55,717 bases of DNA, taken from NCBI GenBank assembly GCA_035402985.1, contig DAONEH010000004.1:1-55717 (forward strand), in the 5' to 3' direction. This DNA comes from a bacterium. Its GTDB lineage: Bacteria > Patescibacteriota > Patescibacteriia > Patescibacteriales > UBA12465. The position numbers and the translations under genes were made by a program. Positions 26,183 through 37,634 of the stretch are shown here, one piece after another. Every line of letters begins with the position of its first letter. The stretch's first letter is position 1. The notes beneath the pieces were generated by a model, which saw nothing but the letters and a program-made list of their open reading frames with translations, was not told where the DNA came from and ran no database searches.

Positions 26183-27769
26183 ATGTTATATTTAGTAATA
26201 ATAATTTTAAGTTTGATTTTATCAATTATTTTTACTTTAATAGTTAAAAAATTAGCTTTGAAATTTAATATTATTGATCAACCTGATTTTAATCGTAAAA
26301 TTCATACTAAGCCAATTCCTCTAATGGGAGGTTTGGCTATTTTTTTAGCTTTTTTTATTACTTTATTTTTTTTTCGTGATTATTTAGTAATTGGTAATTT
26401 AAATTATAATCATTGGTTAGGTTTCTTTATTGGAGCTTTGTTTTTATTAATTGGAGGATTATTAGATGATAAGTATAATTTGCCACCTAAATTACAAATT
26501 ATTTGGCCGATACTAGCGGCGGTCTCGGTAATTATGGGTGGTGTTAGTATTGAAAAAATTAGTAATCCTTTAGGTGGTTTTATAAATTTTTCTTTTGGTC
26601 TTAGTGCTATTATTATTTTTTTATGGCTCTTAGGTATTACTTATACTACTAAATTATTAGATGGTTTAGACGGGCTGGCTACAGGGGTATCGGCTATTGG
26701 AGGTCTTATTATCTTTTTATTTACAATTAGTGATAAATATTTTCAACCGGATATTGCCGTCGCTTCATTAATTTTTTCGGTTGTTTTAATTGGATTTTTA
26801 ATTTTTAATTTTAATCCAGCTAAAATATTTTTAGGAGAAAGTGGTTCTTTACTAATTGGTTATATTTTAGGTGTTTTAGCTATTATTTCTGGTGGTAAAA
26901 TTGCTATTGCCTTGTTAGTTATTGGACTTCCAGCCTTAGATGTTTTATGGACTATAATTCGTCGTCTTATATCAGGCCAGAATCCTTTTCGTTCTTCAGA
27001 TCGTAAACATTTACATCATCGTTTAATTGATATGGGTTTAAATCAAAAACAAGCCGTATTATTTTTTTATGGTGTTTCAACTTTTTTTGGTATTAGTGGA
27101 TTATTTTTACAAAGTTTAGGTAAATTCTGGGCTTTATTAATTTTAGTTATTTTGATGTTTGGTATTATTATTTTTTTTAATTTAGTGGATAGAAAAAAGC
27201 AACCAGTTAAAGATAATGATAAAAAATCATTACTACTTCATATTTGTTGTGCTCCGTGTGGCGCTTATTTAATTTCTGAAAAATTATTAAAAGATTATAA
27301 TATTACTTTGTATTTTTATAATTCTAATATTGATACTTTAGATGAATATCAAAAACGATTATTATGGGTAAAATATTTAGCTGATAAATATAGTTTAAAA
27401 TTAGAAGTTGAACCATATCAGCATGATTTATGGTTAGAAAAAGTTAAGGGTTTAGAAAATGAACCCGAAAAAGGAAGCCGTTGTTTTGTTTGTTATTATG
27501 ATCGTTTAATAAAAACAGCCTTATTGGCTAAAAAATTTAATATTACTAATTTCTATACTACTTTAACAGTAAGTCCTTATAAAGATTTAAAAAAAATAAA
27601 GGAATATGGTCAAAAAATAGCTCAAGAAAATAATATAGTTTTTCTTGATTTAGACTATGATCAAAAAGAATTATATAAAAAATCAATCGACTTAGCTAAA
27701 GAGCTTGGTTTTTATAGGCAAAAATATTGTGCTTGCGAATTTTCTCGGTTGACTAATGATAAAAAATAG
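26183..27769 (+). CDS. Fusion protein: WecA/MraY-family (GT4) polyprenyl-phosphate sugar-1-phosphate transferase (aa ~1-340) plus epoxyqueuosine reductase QueH (DUF208) domain (aa ~348-528)
   Basis: N-part: about 10 TM helices, LLDDKYNL, KLLDGLDGLATG, FLGESGSLLIGY. C-part (from about nt 27224): LLLHICCAPCGAY, YFYNSNIDTLDEYQKR, CFVCYYDRL, TLTVSPYKD, YRQKYCACEFS, which are the QueH Cys landmarks. A single uninterrupted frame. Confidence 0.75.
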   Translation: MLYLVIIILSLILSIIFTLIVKKLALKFNIIDQPDFNRKIHTKPIPLMGGLAIFLAFFITLFFFRDYLVIGNLNYNHWLGFFIGALFLLIGGLLDDKYNLPPKLQIIWPILAAVSVIMGGVSIEKISNPLGGFINFSFGLSAIIIFLWLLGITYTTKLLDGLDGLATGVSAIGGLIIFLFTISDKYFQPDIAVASLIFSVVLIGFLIFNFNPAKIFLGESGSLLIGYILGVLAIISGGKIAIALLVIGLPALDVLWTIIRRLISGQNPFRSSDRKHLHHRLIDMGLNQKQAVLFFYGVSTFFGISGLFLQSLGKFWALLILVILMFGIIIFFNLVDRKKQPVKDNDKKSLLLHICCAPCGAYLISEKLLKDYNITLYFYNSNIDTLDEYQKRLLWVKYLADKYSLKLEVEPYQHDLWLEKVKGLENEPEKGSRCFVCYYDRLIKTALLAKKFNITNFYTTLTVSPYKDLKKIKEYGQKIAQENNIVFLDLDYDQKELYKKSIDLAKELGFYRQKYCACEFSRLTNDKK

Positions 27770-27807
27770 GATAGTATTAAGTATTATAAATTTAAAATAA
27801 AGTTTAA

Positions 27808-29787
27808 ATGAATCTTACAGAATTAGCTCGAGCTTTAAGAGTTTCTCCTTTTGAACTGCGTCAACTTTTGCCTCAGATGGGTTTTAATATTGGGCAAAAA
27901 GCAATTAAAGTTGATAAAATGATTGCTAAAAAAATAATAAAGAATTGGCCGATTTTTATGGCTCAAATTGAACGTCAACGCTTAATAGATGAGGCTTCAA
28001 AAAAAGAACAAGAAGCTTTAACTCCTAAAGAAATAAAAAGAATTGAAATAGGTAAATTTGTTATAGTTAAAGAATTAGCTGCTATTGCTAATTTACCAGT
28101 TAATATAGTTTTAAAAGAATTAATGAAAAACGGTGTTTTTGTTTCTATGAATGAAAAAATAGATTTTGATTCAGCTGTTATTATTGGTGCTGGTTTAAAT
28201 TTAGATGTAGTTTTGAAAGAAGATATTGATGAACAAGATGCTCATGATAAAAATAAAGAAGTTTTAGTTGAAGCTTTAAAAAATGAAAAAAAAGAAGAAT
28301 TAAAAATTCGTCCGCCAGTCATTGTTGTTATGGGTCATGTTGATCATGGAAAAACAAAATTATTAGATGCTATTAGAAAAACAAATGTAGTGGCTGGAGA
28401 ATCGGGTGGTATTACTCAACATATTGGTGCTTATCAAGTAATTAGAAAAGATCAAACTATTACTTTTATTGATACTCCCGGACATGAGGCTTTTACAGCT
28501 ATGCGTAGTCGTGGAGCTAAAGTAGCTGATATTGCTATTTTAGTAGTAGCGGCTGATGATGGTGTTAAACCACAAACCGTAGAAGCTTTTCGTATTATTG
28601 AAGCTGCTAAAATTCCTTTTTTAGTAGCAATTAATAAAATGGATAAAGAAGAAGCTGATATTAATAAAACTAAACAAGAATTATCTACTCAATTAAATAT
28701 TATTCCAGAAGATTGGGGCGGTAAAACAATTTGTTTACCAGTTTCAGCTTTAGAAGGTCAAGGTATAGATGAATTATTAGATATGGTATTACTGACAGCG
28801 GAAATGGAAAGTAATAATTTAAAAGCTAATCCTTCCGCTTTAGCTATTGGTACCGTAGTTGAGTCTAATATTGATAAAGGAGCTGGACCGGTAGCTACCG
28901 TTTTGATTCAAAATGGGACTTTAAATTTAGGTGATCAACTTTGTTATAATGGAATTATTTATGGCAAAGTAAAAGCTTTAAAAAATTATAAAGGGGAAAG
29001 TATTGATCAGGCTTTACCATCTACTCCAGTTCAAATTTTAGGTTTAAAAATTTTACCAGAAGTCGGAGATGTTTTAGAAGTAGGTGATGGTGAAAAAATA
29101 AAGTCTAAAAAAATAATTTCTAAAGCTCATTTTGATCAAATGGATATTTTAAGTAACGATAACGAAACTGATTCTTTAAAGTTGAATTTAATTATCAAAG
29201 CTGATTTTTTAGGTTCAGCCGAAGCTATTGAAGAATCATTGTTAAAAATAAATACAAAAAAAATAAAAGTAAAAATAATTAATAAAGGTTTGGGTAATAT
29301 TGGTGAGGGTGATATTAAAAGAGCTGAAGATGAGAATGCTCAAATTGTTGGTTTTAATGTAAAAGTTCAACCTCAAGTTGAAGATTTGGTTAGAGACAAG
29401 GGAATTAAAATAAATACTTTTAGTATTATTTATGATTTAATTAAGTATGTAAAAAATGAAATGAAAGATATTTATAAGCCGGAAATTATTAGAAAAGACC
29501 TTGGAAAATTAAAAGTTTTAGCTATTTTTAGAACTGAACATAATTCTCAAATTGTTGGTGGTAAAGTTATTGAAGGATTAATTGAAGAGAATTCCTTGGT
29601 TGATGTTTGGCGCCAAGATGATTTTATTTCTAAGGGTTCAATTAGTCGTTTGCAATCAGGTAAACAAGATGTTAAAGTTGTTCAAACTAATGAGGAATGT
29701 GGTATCAAGTACGAAGGATCATCTCCAGTTCAAACTGATGATATTTTGTATTTTTATAAAGAAGAAGAATTAGATAATGATTTATAA
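27808..29787 (+). CDS. infB: Translation initiation factor IF-2
   Basis: IF2_N motif ([12 protein letters not shown]) and GTPase motifs [17 protein letters not shown]. Domain order is typical of IF-2. Confidence 0.95.
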   Translation: MNLTELARALRVSPFELRQLLPQMGFNIGQKAIKVDKMIAKKIIKNWPIFMAQIERQRLIDEASKKEQEALTPKEIKRIEIGKFVIVKELAAIANLPVNIVLKELMKNGVFVSMNEKIDFDSAVIIGAGLNLDVVLKEDIDEQDAHDKNKEVLVEALKNEKKEELKIRPPVIVVMGHVDHGKTKLLDAIRKTNVVAGESGGITQHIGAYQVIRKDQTITFIDTPGHEAFTAMRSRGAKVADIAILVVAADDGVKPQTVEAFRIIEAAKIPFLVAINKMDKEEADINKTKQELSTQLNIIPEDWGGKTICLPVSALEGQGIDELLDMVLLTAEMESNNLKANPSALAIGTVVESNIDKGAGPVATVLIQNGTLNLGDQLCYNGIIYGKVKALKNYKGESIDQALPSTPVQILGLKILPEVGDVLEVGDGEKIKSKKIISKAHFDQMDILSNDNETDSLKLNLIIKADFLGSAEAIEESLLKINTKKIKVKIINKGLGNIGEGDIKRAEDENAQIVGFNVKVQPQVEDLVRDKGIKINTFSIIYDLIKYVKNEMKDIYKPEIIRKDLGKLKVLAIFRTEHNSQIVGGKVIEGLIEENSLVDVWRQDDFISKGSISRLQSGKQDVKVVQTNEECGIKYEGSSPVQTDDILYFYKEEELDNDL

Positions 29788-29791
29788 TTTT

Positions 29792-30130
29792 ATGTCTAAA
29801 GTCGATCAATTAAATAGAATAATTCAGCATAATTTAGCAGAGATAATAGTAGGCGAAATTGAATCGCCTAATTTTTTAATAACCATATCCAAGGTTGAAT
29901 GTTCATCGGATTTATCAAAAGCTAAAATTTTTATTTCAGTTTTACCAGATAAGTTTTCTGGAACAGCTTTAAAAAAATTAAGAGCAAAATCTGGTTTTAT
30001 ATCTGGAATTTTAAAAAAGAAAGCTTCTTTAGTTAAAAGCCCTTATTTAGAATGGTTGATTGATGAAGATTTAAAACGAGCTTCAGCTATCGAAGAAACT
30101 TTAGAAATTATTTCTCAAGAAGATAATTAA
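29792..30130 (+). CDS. rbfA: Ribosome-binding factor A
   Basis: Located immediately after infB, ~112 aa, with R.N.i...LAEII...I..P....ITI..V..S.DL..A.I.. spacing. The track start 29777 overlaps the infB stop, so ATG 29792 (MSKVDQLNR) is preferred. Confidence 0.75.
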   Translation: MSKVDQLNRIIQHNLAEIIVGEIESPNFLITISKVECSSDLSKAKIFISVLPDKFSGTALKKLRAKSGFISGILKKKASLVKSPYLEWLIDEDLKRASAIEETLEIISQEDN

Positions 30131-30139
30131 TTTGTTCCT

Positions 30140-31195
30140 ATGTTTGATAATACCGAAGTACAAAAATTTAAAGAAATCTGGGAAAAAATTTCTACATCTG
30201 GAAAAATTTTATTAATATCTCATTTAAACCCAGATATTGATGCTTTATCGTCTCTGGGAGCTCTTATTGAAATACTTAAAGAAAATAATAAAGAATATAT
30301 AGCTTGGGCTGAGTCTAAAGATAATAATTTTAATTTTTTACCTAATAGTGAAGAAATTATTTCTCAAAAAGAAAAATTATTTTCTAGTATTATTTTAAGA
30401 TTTAATCAAGGACAAGAAATTTCAGATGATTTTTTTAAATTTTTTGATTTAGTAATAATTTTAGATTGCGGTTCAATTGAGCGAACTTCTTTAGTTCCAT
30501 TTATACTTAAATCTAAAGAATTAAATCTTCCTACTTGTATAGTTGAATTTGATCATCACTTACCAACTACAACTTATGCGGATATTGAAATTAGAATTCC
30601 TTTAGCTTCAACTACTGAGATCTTATATCATTTTTTAGAAATAAATAATATTGAAATTAATCGGTCAGTAGCTAATTGTTTATTAGCTGGAATTTTAAGT
30701 GATACCGCTAATTTCTTATACCCGTCAGTTAGCGGAGAAACTTTAGCCATATCTTCTAAATTAATGATAGCCGGAGCTCAATTTCCTAAACTTTTAAATT
30801 ATACTTGGCGTAATAAAAATTTTTTTGAAATGAAATTATTAGGTTTAGCTATTTCTAATTTAAAAGTTAATAAAAGATATAATCTGGCTTTTTCTATTTT
30901 TACTTATGATGATTTAGAAAAAAATAAAATTAATTCAATTTACTTCAATAATGATATTTTTAGCGATATTATTGGTTTTTTAAGTAATTTGGCTGAAACT
31001 AACATGGTAATGCTTCTAAGAGAGGATAAAATTGGCCAAATTAAGGGTAGTTTACGAGTTGGGGCAGATAATGGGTTGGACATTGATTCTACTAAATTAG
31101 CCGCTATTTTTGGCGGTGGAGGGCATAAAAAAGCTTCGGGCTTTGTAAGTTCTGGCCATATTATTAAAAATGGAGATAATTTTAGTATTATTTAG
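30140..31195 (+). CDS. nrnA: DHH/DHHA1 phosphoesterase (NrnA-like oligoribonuclease / pAp phosphatase)
   Basis: Motifs HLNPDIDALSS, DCGS, EFDHH, GILSDT, and DHHA1 GGGGHKKASG. Sits in the classical infB-rbfA-nrnA context. Confidence 0.8.
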   Translation: MFDNTEVQKFKEIWEKISTSGKILLISHLNPDIDALSSLGALIEILKENNKEYIAWAESKDNNFNFLPNSEEIISQKEKLFSSIILRFNQGQEISDDFFKFFDLVIILDCGSIERTSLVPFILKSKELNLPTCIVEFDHHLPTTTYADIEIRIPLASTTEILYHFLEINNIEINRSVANCLLAGILSDTANFLYPSVSGETLAISSKLMIAGAQFPKLLNYTWRNKNFFEMKLLGLAISNLKVNKRYNLAFSIFTYDDLEKNKINSIYFNNDIFSDIIGFLSNLAETNMVMLLREDKIGQIKGSLRVGADNGLDIDSTKLAAIFGGGGHKKASGFVSSGHIIKNGDNFSII

Positions 31196-31229
31196 TATTT
31201 AAGCAAAATATTCTTTTGCTTTTATTTTA

Positions 31230-31258
31230 TTGACATAGCATTTCAAATATGATACAAT
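31230..31258 (+). promoter_or_regulatory. Sigma-70-like promoter of the second abiE locus
   Basis: TTGACA (31230-31235), 17-bp spacer, extended -10 TGATACAAT (31250-31258). Preceded by an AT-rich hairpin, AGCAAAA/TTTTGCT (31202-31220). Confidence 0.5.
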
Positions 31259-31270
31259 AATGTCAAATAT

Positions 31271-31882
31271 ATGAAAAGCAAAAAAAATTTATTAGAACAA
31301 CTAAAAACCTTACCCCATTTTGATAAAAATACTATATATCAGCTTGCTAAACATTTGGGGCTTGAAGATTCTACGGTTAATACATATATTAGTCGGTTTT
31401 TGAAATGTAAAGATATTTTACGGTTAAAAAATGGACTTTATGTAACTACTGATTTTTTTGAAAAAAATCGTTCTGATATTTCTTATTCTTTTTATTTAGC
31501 TAATATAATTCGGGCTCCATCATATGTAAGTTCTTGGACGGCTTTACAGTATTATAATTTGGCAACCGAAGCAGTCCATACTATTAGCTCAACCACTTTA
31601 AAAGTAACAAGAGATTATCAGACGAAAGCAGGAAATTTTACTTATCAGTCTATTAAAAAAGATTTTTTTTCTGATTTTTATTTAGTAAAAGGTAAATTTG
31701 ATTTTTATATTGCTTCTCCAGCTAAAGCTTTATTTGATTTACTTTATTTCAAAACTTGTCAGTTAAAAGGATTAAAATTAGAAGATATAGAAAGAATGAT
31801 TAAAGAATTAAGAATAGATTTTGATGAAATGGATAAAGATGAACAGGAAAAATTTTATTTCTTAATTAATAAAAATATATGA
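31271..31882 (+). CDS. abiEi: AbiEi-like type IV antitoxin
   Basis: 203 aa, overlaps the downstream gene by 4 nt. LRLKNGLYVT.. then PSYVSSWTALQYY parallels the first AbiEi-like protein. Confidence 0.6.
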   Translation: MKSKKNLLEQLKTLPHFDKNTIYQLAKHLGLEDSTVNTYISRFLKCKDILRLKNGLYVTTDFFEKNRSDISYSFYLANIIRAPSYVSSWTALQYYNLATEAVHTISSTTLKVTRDYQTKAGNFTYQSIKKDFFSDFYLVKGKFDFYIASPAKALFDLLYFKTCQLKGLKLEDIERMIKELRIDFDEMDKDEQEKFYFLINKNI

Positions 31883-33159
31883 GTGAACAGATAACAACAA
31901 TATTAAAAAGAAAACTTGATGATTTATCTATTTATGGAAATATTGATGCCGAAACTCTTCATAATACTATAAAAGAAGAATTACAGTTTTATGTTTTGAA
32001 TTTTATTTATCATCATTTGGAATACAGTAAATGGATAATGTATGGAGGATCTGCTCTTCGTATAATTCATGGTCTTGATCGTATGTCGGTAGATTTAGAT
32101 TTTGAAATTTCTCAGGCAGTAACTGAAAAATTTTTAGAAAAATTAAAAAGAGATGTTGAATATTATTTTATTAATACTTATGGAGCTGATACTGATTTTC
32201 TTACTGTAAAAATTACTAATAGTAGAGGTTTACTTTTAAAATTTCATATTGGTGAAGAATTGAGTCTTGGTAATCCGTCTAATCAAGTGCATGTAAAAAT
32301 TGATTTGAACTATTTTGTTAATTTAAAAACTGTAACTGAACGCCGACCAATAAATCGAGATCAACTTTCTTTTGTTATTTTAACATATAATATGGGGGCA
32401 TTAATGGCTAGTAAATTAGCGGCTATCTTTTTACGAGGTACTCGTGGAGTTGGTGAGGCTGTTTATGAAGAAAAAGGAAGAGATATCTATGATTTATTAT
32501 GGTATATGGGTAAAAAGATTATTCCAGATTTTGATTATATGATTGCTAAGGGAATTGATATTAATAATCCTAGAAATTTATTTGATAAATTAACATTACA
32601 GATGAATAAAGTTAGTGATGAAAATTTAAAAAATGATTTAACACCTTTATTTATTGATCAAAATTTTATTTCTAATTGGCTTAAAAATTGGAGAGAAACT
32701 TATTTTAAATTACTTAATGATTACAAAATAAATAGTATAAAAAATTTAGAAAGTATTAAAATAGTACAGGATTTTAAATCTGATATATTTTCTTTTATAT
32801 ATTATTTTAATACAGATGATAATAATTTAGTTAGAGTTGTTTATAATTTAAGTGATTATTGGTTAGAGTTTGGCGATGGTAATTTAACGATTAATATCGA
32901 TAAAAATATTGAAGATAAAATGAAATTAAACAATGATTTAAATAATAGATTAGCTTTTCAGAATAAATTAAAACAATATACAACTCTTTTTTATCAGAAA
33001 ACTGAAAAATATTTAAAAAAGACAAATAATATTATATTGGGTGATACTATTATTACTAAATTAATTAGAATGACAGCTGATAATTTAAATCCGAAAGAGC
33101 AAATTATACTTAATAAGTCAGCATTATTATCATGTGAACTTGATGATTTATTAAAATAG
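31879..33159 (+). CDS. abiEii: AbiEii-family nucleotidyltransferase toxin with a ~150-aa C-terminal extension
   Basis: Signature WIMYGGSALRIIHGLDRMSVDLDFEI. At 426 aa it is much longer than the 237-aa paralog at 7011. Confidence 0.7.
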   Translation: MSEQITTILKRKLDDLSIYGNIDAETLHNTIKEELQFYVLNFIYHHLEYSKWIMYGGSALRIIHGLDRMSVDLDFEISQAVTEKFLEKLKRDVEYYFINTYGADTDFLTVKITNSRGLLLKFHIGEELSLGNPSNQVHVKIDLNYFVNLKTVTERRPINRDQLSFVILTYNMGALMASKLAAIFLRGTRGVGEAVYEEKGRDIYDLLWYMGKKIIPDFDYMIAKGIDINNPRNLFDKLTLQMNKVSDENLKNDLTPLFIDQNFISNWLKNWRETYFKLLNDYKINSIKNLESIKIVQDFKSDIFSFIYYFNTDDNNLVRVVYNLSDYWLEFGDGNLTINIDKNIEDKMKLNNDLNNRLAFQNKLKQYTTLFYQKTEKYLKKTNNIILGDTIITKLIRMTADNLNPKEQIILNKSALLSCELDDLLK

Positions 33160-33293
33160 ACTGTAATAAGCATTAATTAAAACAATAAGTCTATAACTTG
33201 TTTTTATTGTAATGTATAAAAGATTTATAGGTTAAAACTCTTTAATGTTTTTAAAAAATTTGATATAATTTTAATTAGTCTTATTTTTTTAAA

Positions 33294-34331
33294 ATGAAAT
33301 ATAAATTATATACAACTTCTAAGAAGGCCTGGCGAGCCATGATAGCTGAAATAAAAAAAGCTAAAAAATTTGTTTACATTGAAATGTATATTTTTTTAGA
33401 TGACACTTCGAAGCATTATGATTTTTTTGGTGCCTTAAAAGAAAGAGCTCTCAGTGGTGTCCAAGTAGTTATTGTCGCTGATTCCTTTGGTAGTTATGCT
33501 TTATCAAATTCAGCTATTAGAGATTTAAGGGAACATGGAATTGAAGTTTTATTTTTTAGTCATTGGCTTCGCAGAACTCATCGTAAAATTACTGTTATTG
33601 ATGGTGAAGTAGCTTTTTTAGGTGGTGTTAATATTAAAAAAAATAGTAGTAATTGGTTGGACTTACAAATAAAGTTGGGTAGTCGTTTACTTATAAAAAA
33701 TATTTTACGATCTTTTGCTAATACTTATAAAATAAGTGGTGGTCAAGATAAAAAAATATTAAAATTAAGTAAGAGGTCAATTTTAAAAACAATTAAGATA
33801 CAATTTTTTGAACATTTACCGTATCGTAATATTTATTTTCTGCAACATTATTACGAAACTAAAATAACTTTAGCTCAAAAAAGGATTGTAATGGTTACTC
33901 CTTATTTAACTCCCCCTCGTTGGTTAATAGCTTTACTGGATACAGCCGTTAAACGTGGAATTCGAGTTGAAATTTTTATTCCACGTGATACCGATATTAA
34001 GTTTTTAAATAGAATTAATCGAATTTATGCTAATCAATTATCTAGTTTGAGAATAAACTTTTATGTTCAGAATAAAATGAATCATGCTAAATTACTTATA
34101 ATTGATAATGGTGAAGCTTTAGTTGGTTCACAAAATTTAGATGTGGTTTCTTTCTACCTTAATAATGAATCAAGTGTTTCTATTAAAGACAAAAAATTTA
34201 TAAAAGATTTAAATAATATTGTAGACAATTGGAAAAAAGGATCTGTTAAAATTCCTAAAACTAAAAAGAAATTATCTTTTATTGATAAAATTATTTTAGT
34301 AATTATCAGATTATTTTTCTCTGTTTTATAA
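33294..34331 (+). CDS. Phospholipase D / cardiolipin synthase family protein (two HKD motifs)
   Basis: [19 protein letters not shown] and [20 protein letters not shown]. Hydrophobic C-terminal tail. Extended -10 TGATATAAT at 33261-33269. Confidence 0.8.
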   Translation: MKYKLYTTSKKAWRAMIAEIKKAKKFVYIEMYIFLDDTSKHYDFFGALKERALSGVQVVIVADSFGSYALSNSAIRDLREHGIEVLFFSHWLRRTHRKITVIDGEVAFLGGVNIKKNSSNWLDLQIKLGSRLLIKNILRSFANTYKISGGQDKKILKLSKRSILKTIKIQFFEHLPYRNIYFLQHYYETKITLAQKRIVMVTPYLTPPRWLIALLDTAVKRGIRVEIFIPRDTDIKFLNRINRIYANQLSSLRINFYVQNKMNHAKLLIIDNGEALVGSQNLDVVSFYLNNESSVSIKDKKFIKDLNNIVDNWKKGSVKIPKTKKKLSFIDKIILVIIRLFFSVL

Positions 34332-34341
34332 TTTAAAAGCA

Positions 34342-36801
34342 ATGCCAAATTCTATAAAAATAAAGGGAGCTCGAGTTAATAATTTAAAAAATATCGATTT
34401 AGAAATTCCTCATGATAAGTTTATAGTTGTTACTGGTTTATCGGGTTCCGGTAAATCTTCTTTAGTTTTTGATTTAATTTATGCTGAAAGTCAACGTCGT
34501 TATATGGAATCATTATCATCTTATGCTCGACAATTTGTAGGTTTACTTGATAAACCTGATGTTGATTTAATTGAAGGACTTATTCCGGCAATTTCGATTG
34601 ATCAACGTTCAGCTAGTAATAATCCTCGTTCGACCGTTGGAACTATAACCGAGGTTTATGATTACCTGCGTCTATTATTTGCTCGTCTGGGTACGGCCTA
34701 TTGTCCTAAATGTCAGCAAAAAATGAAAAAAGAAAAATCTAAAAAGATTAATAAAATAAAAAATGAAATGAATTTAGTTTGTCCGGATTGTGGTTTTTCT
34801 CGAGTTGATTTTAAACCCATAGATTTTTCTTTTAATTCTGGTCAAGGAGCTTGCCCGGAATGTGGTGGTTTAGGTGTAAAAATGGAAATTGATGCTGACT
34901 CTATTTTAAATTTTAATTTAACTGTTTCTCAAGGAGCTATTAAACCTTGGATGCATTATAATTTTGATAATCAAAGATTTTTGATGGGAGAAATTGAAAA
35001 ATTAGCTAATCGGTCTCATTTTAATTATGATAAACCACTTAAAGAAATGAGTAAAAAGGAAGTTAATTTAATTTTAAAAGGTGACCATCTATTTTCCGGT
35101 GTTATCAAAGGACTTAAAGATAAATATCAAACCACTGATTCTAATTATATTCGACAAAAAATTGGTCAATATATGAAGACAATAACTTGTCCTAGTTGTC
35201 AGGGAAAACGTTTAAAAGATGAATCTTTGGCTGTTAAATTTCAAGGATTAAGTATTCATGAAATATCTATTAAAAATATTGAAGAATTAAAAAATTTTTT
35301 TAAAGTTGAAGCTAAAAATTTTAAATTAACAACTGCCCAGCAATTAATTTTTAATCCAATTGCTAAAGAAATAATAACTCGGTTAGATAGTGTCTTAAAA
35401 GTAGGTTTACCTTATTTAAATAGTAATCGTTCGGCTACTACTTTGTCTGGCGGTGAATCTCAACGATTACGTTTAGCTCACCAAATTAGTTCTAATCTAG
35501 TTGGTTTACTTTATGTTTTAGATGAACCCTCAATTGGCTTGCATCCTAAAGATAATGAAAATTTAATTGCTACTTTAAAAAATCTTAATAAAAAAGGTAA
35601 TACTGTTATAGTTATTGAACATGATGCTAGTATGATGTTAGCTTCAGATTATATTTTAGATATTGGTCCATTGGCTGGTGAACATGGTGGGGAACTTATA
35701 TTTTCTGGTGATTTAGAAAAATTTAAAAAGAGCTCTAATTCTTTAACAGCTCAATATTTATTTGGTGAAAGAAAAATTTCAATTCCTCAAACCTATCGAA
35801 AAAAAGCTAATAAGTTTTTAGAAATTAAAGGAGCGGTAGAAAATAATTTAAAAAATATAGATGTTAAAATTCCTTTAGAACGTTTTGTTGTCGTTAGTGG
35901 TGTTTCTGGTTCTGGTAAATCAACTTTAATAATTGATATTTTAGCTAAAGCTTTAAATAAAAAGTTTTATCGTTCTAAAGATGAACCTGGCAAACATCAA
36001 GCTATTTTAGGTAGCGAACAAATAGATAAAATAATAGATATTGATCAATCACCCATTGGACGAACTCCTCGATCTAATCCCGCTACTTATACTGGTATTT
36101 TTTCTGATATTCGAGAAACTTTTGCTTCTTTACCCGAAGCTAAACTTAAAGGTTTTAAATCACAGCATTTTTCTTTTAATTTAAAAGGTGGCCGTTGCGA
36201 AAAATGTCAGGGAGATGGTTCACTTAAAGTTGAAATGCAATTTTTACCAGATATTTATGTTAAGTGTGATGAATGTCATGGTCAAAGATATAGTGATGAA
36301 GTTTTAGAAATAAAATATAATGGTAAAAATATTTTTGAAGTTTTAGAAATGACTATTGAAGATGCTTGTAAGTTTTTTGTTGATAACAAAAATATTAGAT
36401 CTAAATTAGAAATATTAAATAGTATTGGTTTAGGTTATGTAAAATTAGGTCAAAGTGCTACTAGTTTATCAGGTGGTGAATCTCAGAGAATTAAATTAGC
36501 TTATGAATTATCTCGTCCGTCAACTGGTCAGACTTTATACATTCTAGATGAACCAACTACTGGTCTTCATTTTGAAGATGTAAAAAATTTATTAAAAGTA
36601 TTACATGGTTTAGTTAATAAAGGTAATACTGTTTTGGTTATTGAACATAATTTGGATATAATAAAATCAGCTGATTGGGTTATTGATTTAGGTCCGGCTG
36701 GTGGTGATAAGGGTGGTGAAGTTATAGCTTGTGGTAATCCTTTAGATATTATAAAACACAAAAATAGTTATACTGGAAAATATTTAAAGAAAATAATTTA
36801 A
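34342..36801 (+). CDS. uvrA: UvrA-family ABC ATPase, short form lacking the UvrB-binding domain
   Basis: Walker [10 protein letters not shown] and GVSGSGKST, two LSGGESQR signatures, and Zn modules. Only 819 aa. Confidence 0.85.
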   Translation: MPNSIKIKGARVNNLKNIDLEIPHDKFIVVTGLSGSGKSSLVFDLIYAESQRRYMESLSSYARQFVGLLDKPDVDLIEGLIPAISIDQRSASNNPRSTVGTITEVYDYLRLLFARLGTAYCPKCQQKMKKEKSKKINKIKNEMNLVCPDCGFSRVDFKPIDFSFNSGQGACPECGGLGVKMEIDADSILNFNLTVSQGAIKPWMHYNFDNQRFLMGEIEKLANRSHFNYDKPLKEMSKKEVNLILKGDHLFSGVIKGLKDKYQTTDSNYIRQKIGQYMKTITCPSCQGKRLKDESLAVKFQGLSIHEISIKNIEELKNFFKVEAKNFKLTTAQQLIFNPIAKEIITRLDSVLKVGLPYLNSNRSATTLSGGESQRLRLAHQISSNLVGLLYVLDEPSIGLHPKDNENLIATLKNLNKKGNTVIVIEHDASMMLASDYILDIGPLAGEHGGELIFSGDLEKFKKSSNSLTAQYLFGERKISIPQTYRKKANKFLEIKGAVENNLKNIDVKIPLERFVVVSGVSGSGKSTLIIDILAKALNKKFYRSKDEPGKHQAILGSEQIDKIIDIDQSPIGRTPRSNPATYTGIFSDIRETFASLPEAKLKGFKSQHFSFNLKGGRCEKCQGDGSLKVEMQFLPDIYVKCDECHGQRYSDEVLEIKYNGKNIFEVLEMTIEDACKFFVDNKNIRSKLEILNSIGLGYVKLGQSATSLSGGESQRIKLAYELSRPSTGQTLYILDEPTTGLHFEDVKNLLKVLHGLVNKGNTVLVIEHNLDIIKSADWVIDLGPAGGDKGGEVIACGNPLDIIKHKNSYTGKYLKKII

Positions 36802-36806
36802 TTTTT

Positions 36807-37625
36807 ATGTTTGATTTTTTTAAAAATAAAGAAAGAAAAAAAGTTGGTTTGGTTTTAGGAAGTGGTGGTTTTAGAGGTCCAGCTCATATTGCTATTATTA
36901 AAACTTTGGTAAATAATGGTATTCCGATTGACTATATTGTTGGTTGTAGTATTGGATCTATGGTGGGAGCTCATTATGCCTTATTTCAAGATGTCACTCG
37001 ATTAGAAAAGGATTTACTTAATCAACAAAATATTAAATTATCTCATTTAAGAGATTTAAGTTTCAAGCAAGGACTACTTAGTGGTAAAACCTTTGAAAAA
37101 TCTTTTTTAAAGATGTATGAAGGGAAGAGTTTTTCTGATACTAAAATTCCTTTAAGTTTAATAGCCACTGATTTAACAACTGGTAAACCCTATATTTTTA
37201 AAGATGGCGATATCGCCTTAGCAGTTCGAGCTAGTATTTCTATCCCTTTTACTTTTAAACCAATAAAAAAAGGTAAGAGTTTATTAGTTGATGGAGGGAT
37301 AAGTGCCCCCGTACCTGATTTTGTAGTTAAAGATATGGGAGCTGATATAATTATTTCAGCTAATTTATACCATCATTATGAATTAAATAATAGTAAATTA
37401 AATTTAACTAAATCTAGTTCACGATCTTTAGAAGTATTATTAACTAATATTTCTAATTTAAGTGCTAGTTGTTCTGATATAATAATAAATCCGGATACTT
37501 CAAAATATTCAGAAATATCTCGTTTAAAGTCTTATTTTGATAAAAAAATTGCTTTAGATATAATGAAGATTGCCGAAAAAGAAACTTTAAAAGCTATTCC
37601 GGCTATTAGAAAATTATTAGGATAA
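36807..37625 (+). CDS. Patatin-like phospholipase
   Basis: Oxyanion GSGGFRG, lipase GCSIGS (GxSxG), and catalytic Asp in VDGGI. Confidence 0.85.
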   Translation: MFDFFKNKERKKVGLVLGSGGFRGPAHIAIIKTLVNNGIPIDYIVGCSIGSMVGAHYALFQDVTRLEKDLLNQQNIKLSHLRDLSFKQGLLSGKTFEKSFLKMYEGKSFSDTKIPLSLIATDLTTGKPYIFKDGDIALAVRASISIPFTFKPIKKGKSLLVDGGISAPVPDFVVKDMGADIIISANLYHHYELNNSKLNLTKSSSRSLEVLLTNISNLSASCSDIIINPDTSKYSEISRLKSYFDKKIALDIMKIAEKETLKAIPAIRKLLG

Positions 37626-37634
37626 TTTTTATTT

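Noticed and set aside
29582-29773. 63-aa same-strand ORF in an alternative frame inside infB.
   Set aside because: It lies entirely within the conserved C-terminal domain of IF-2, with no start context or conservation signal.
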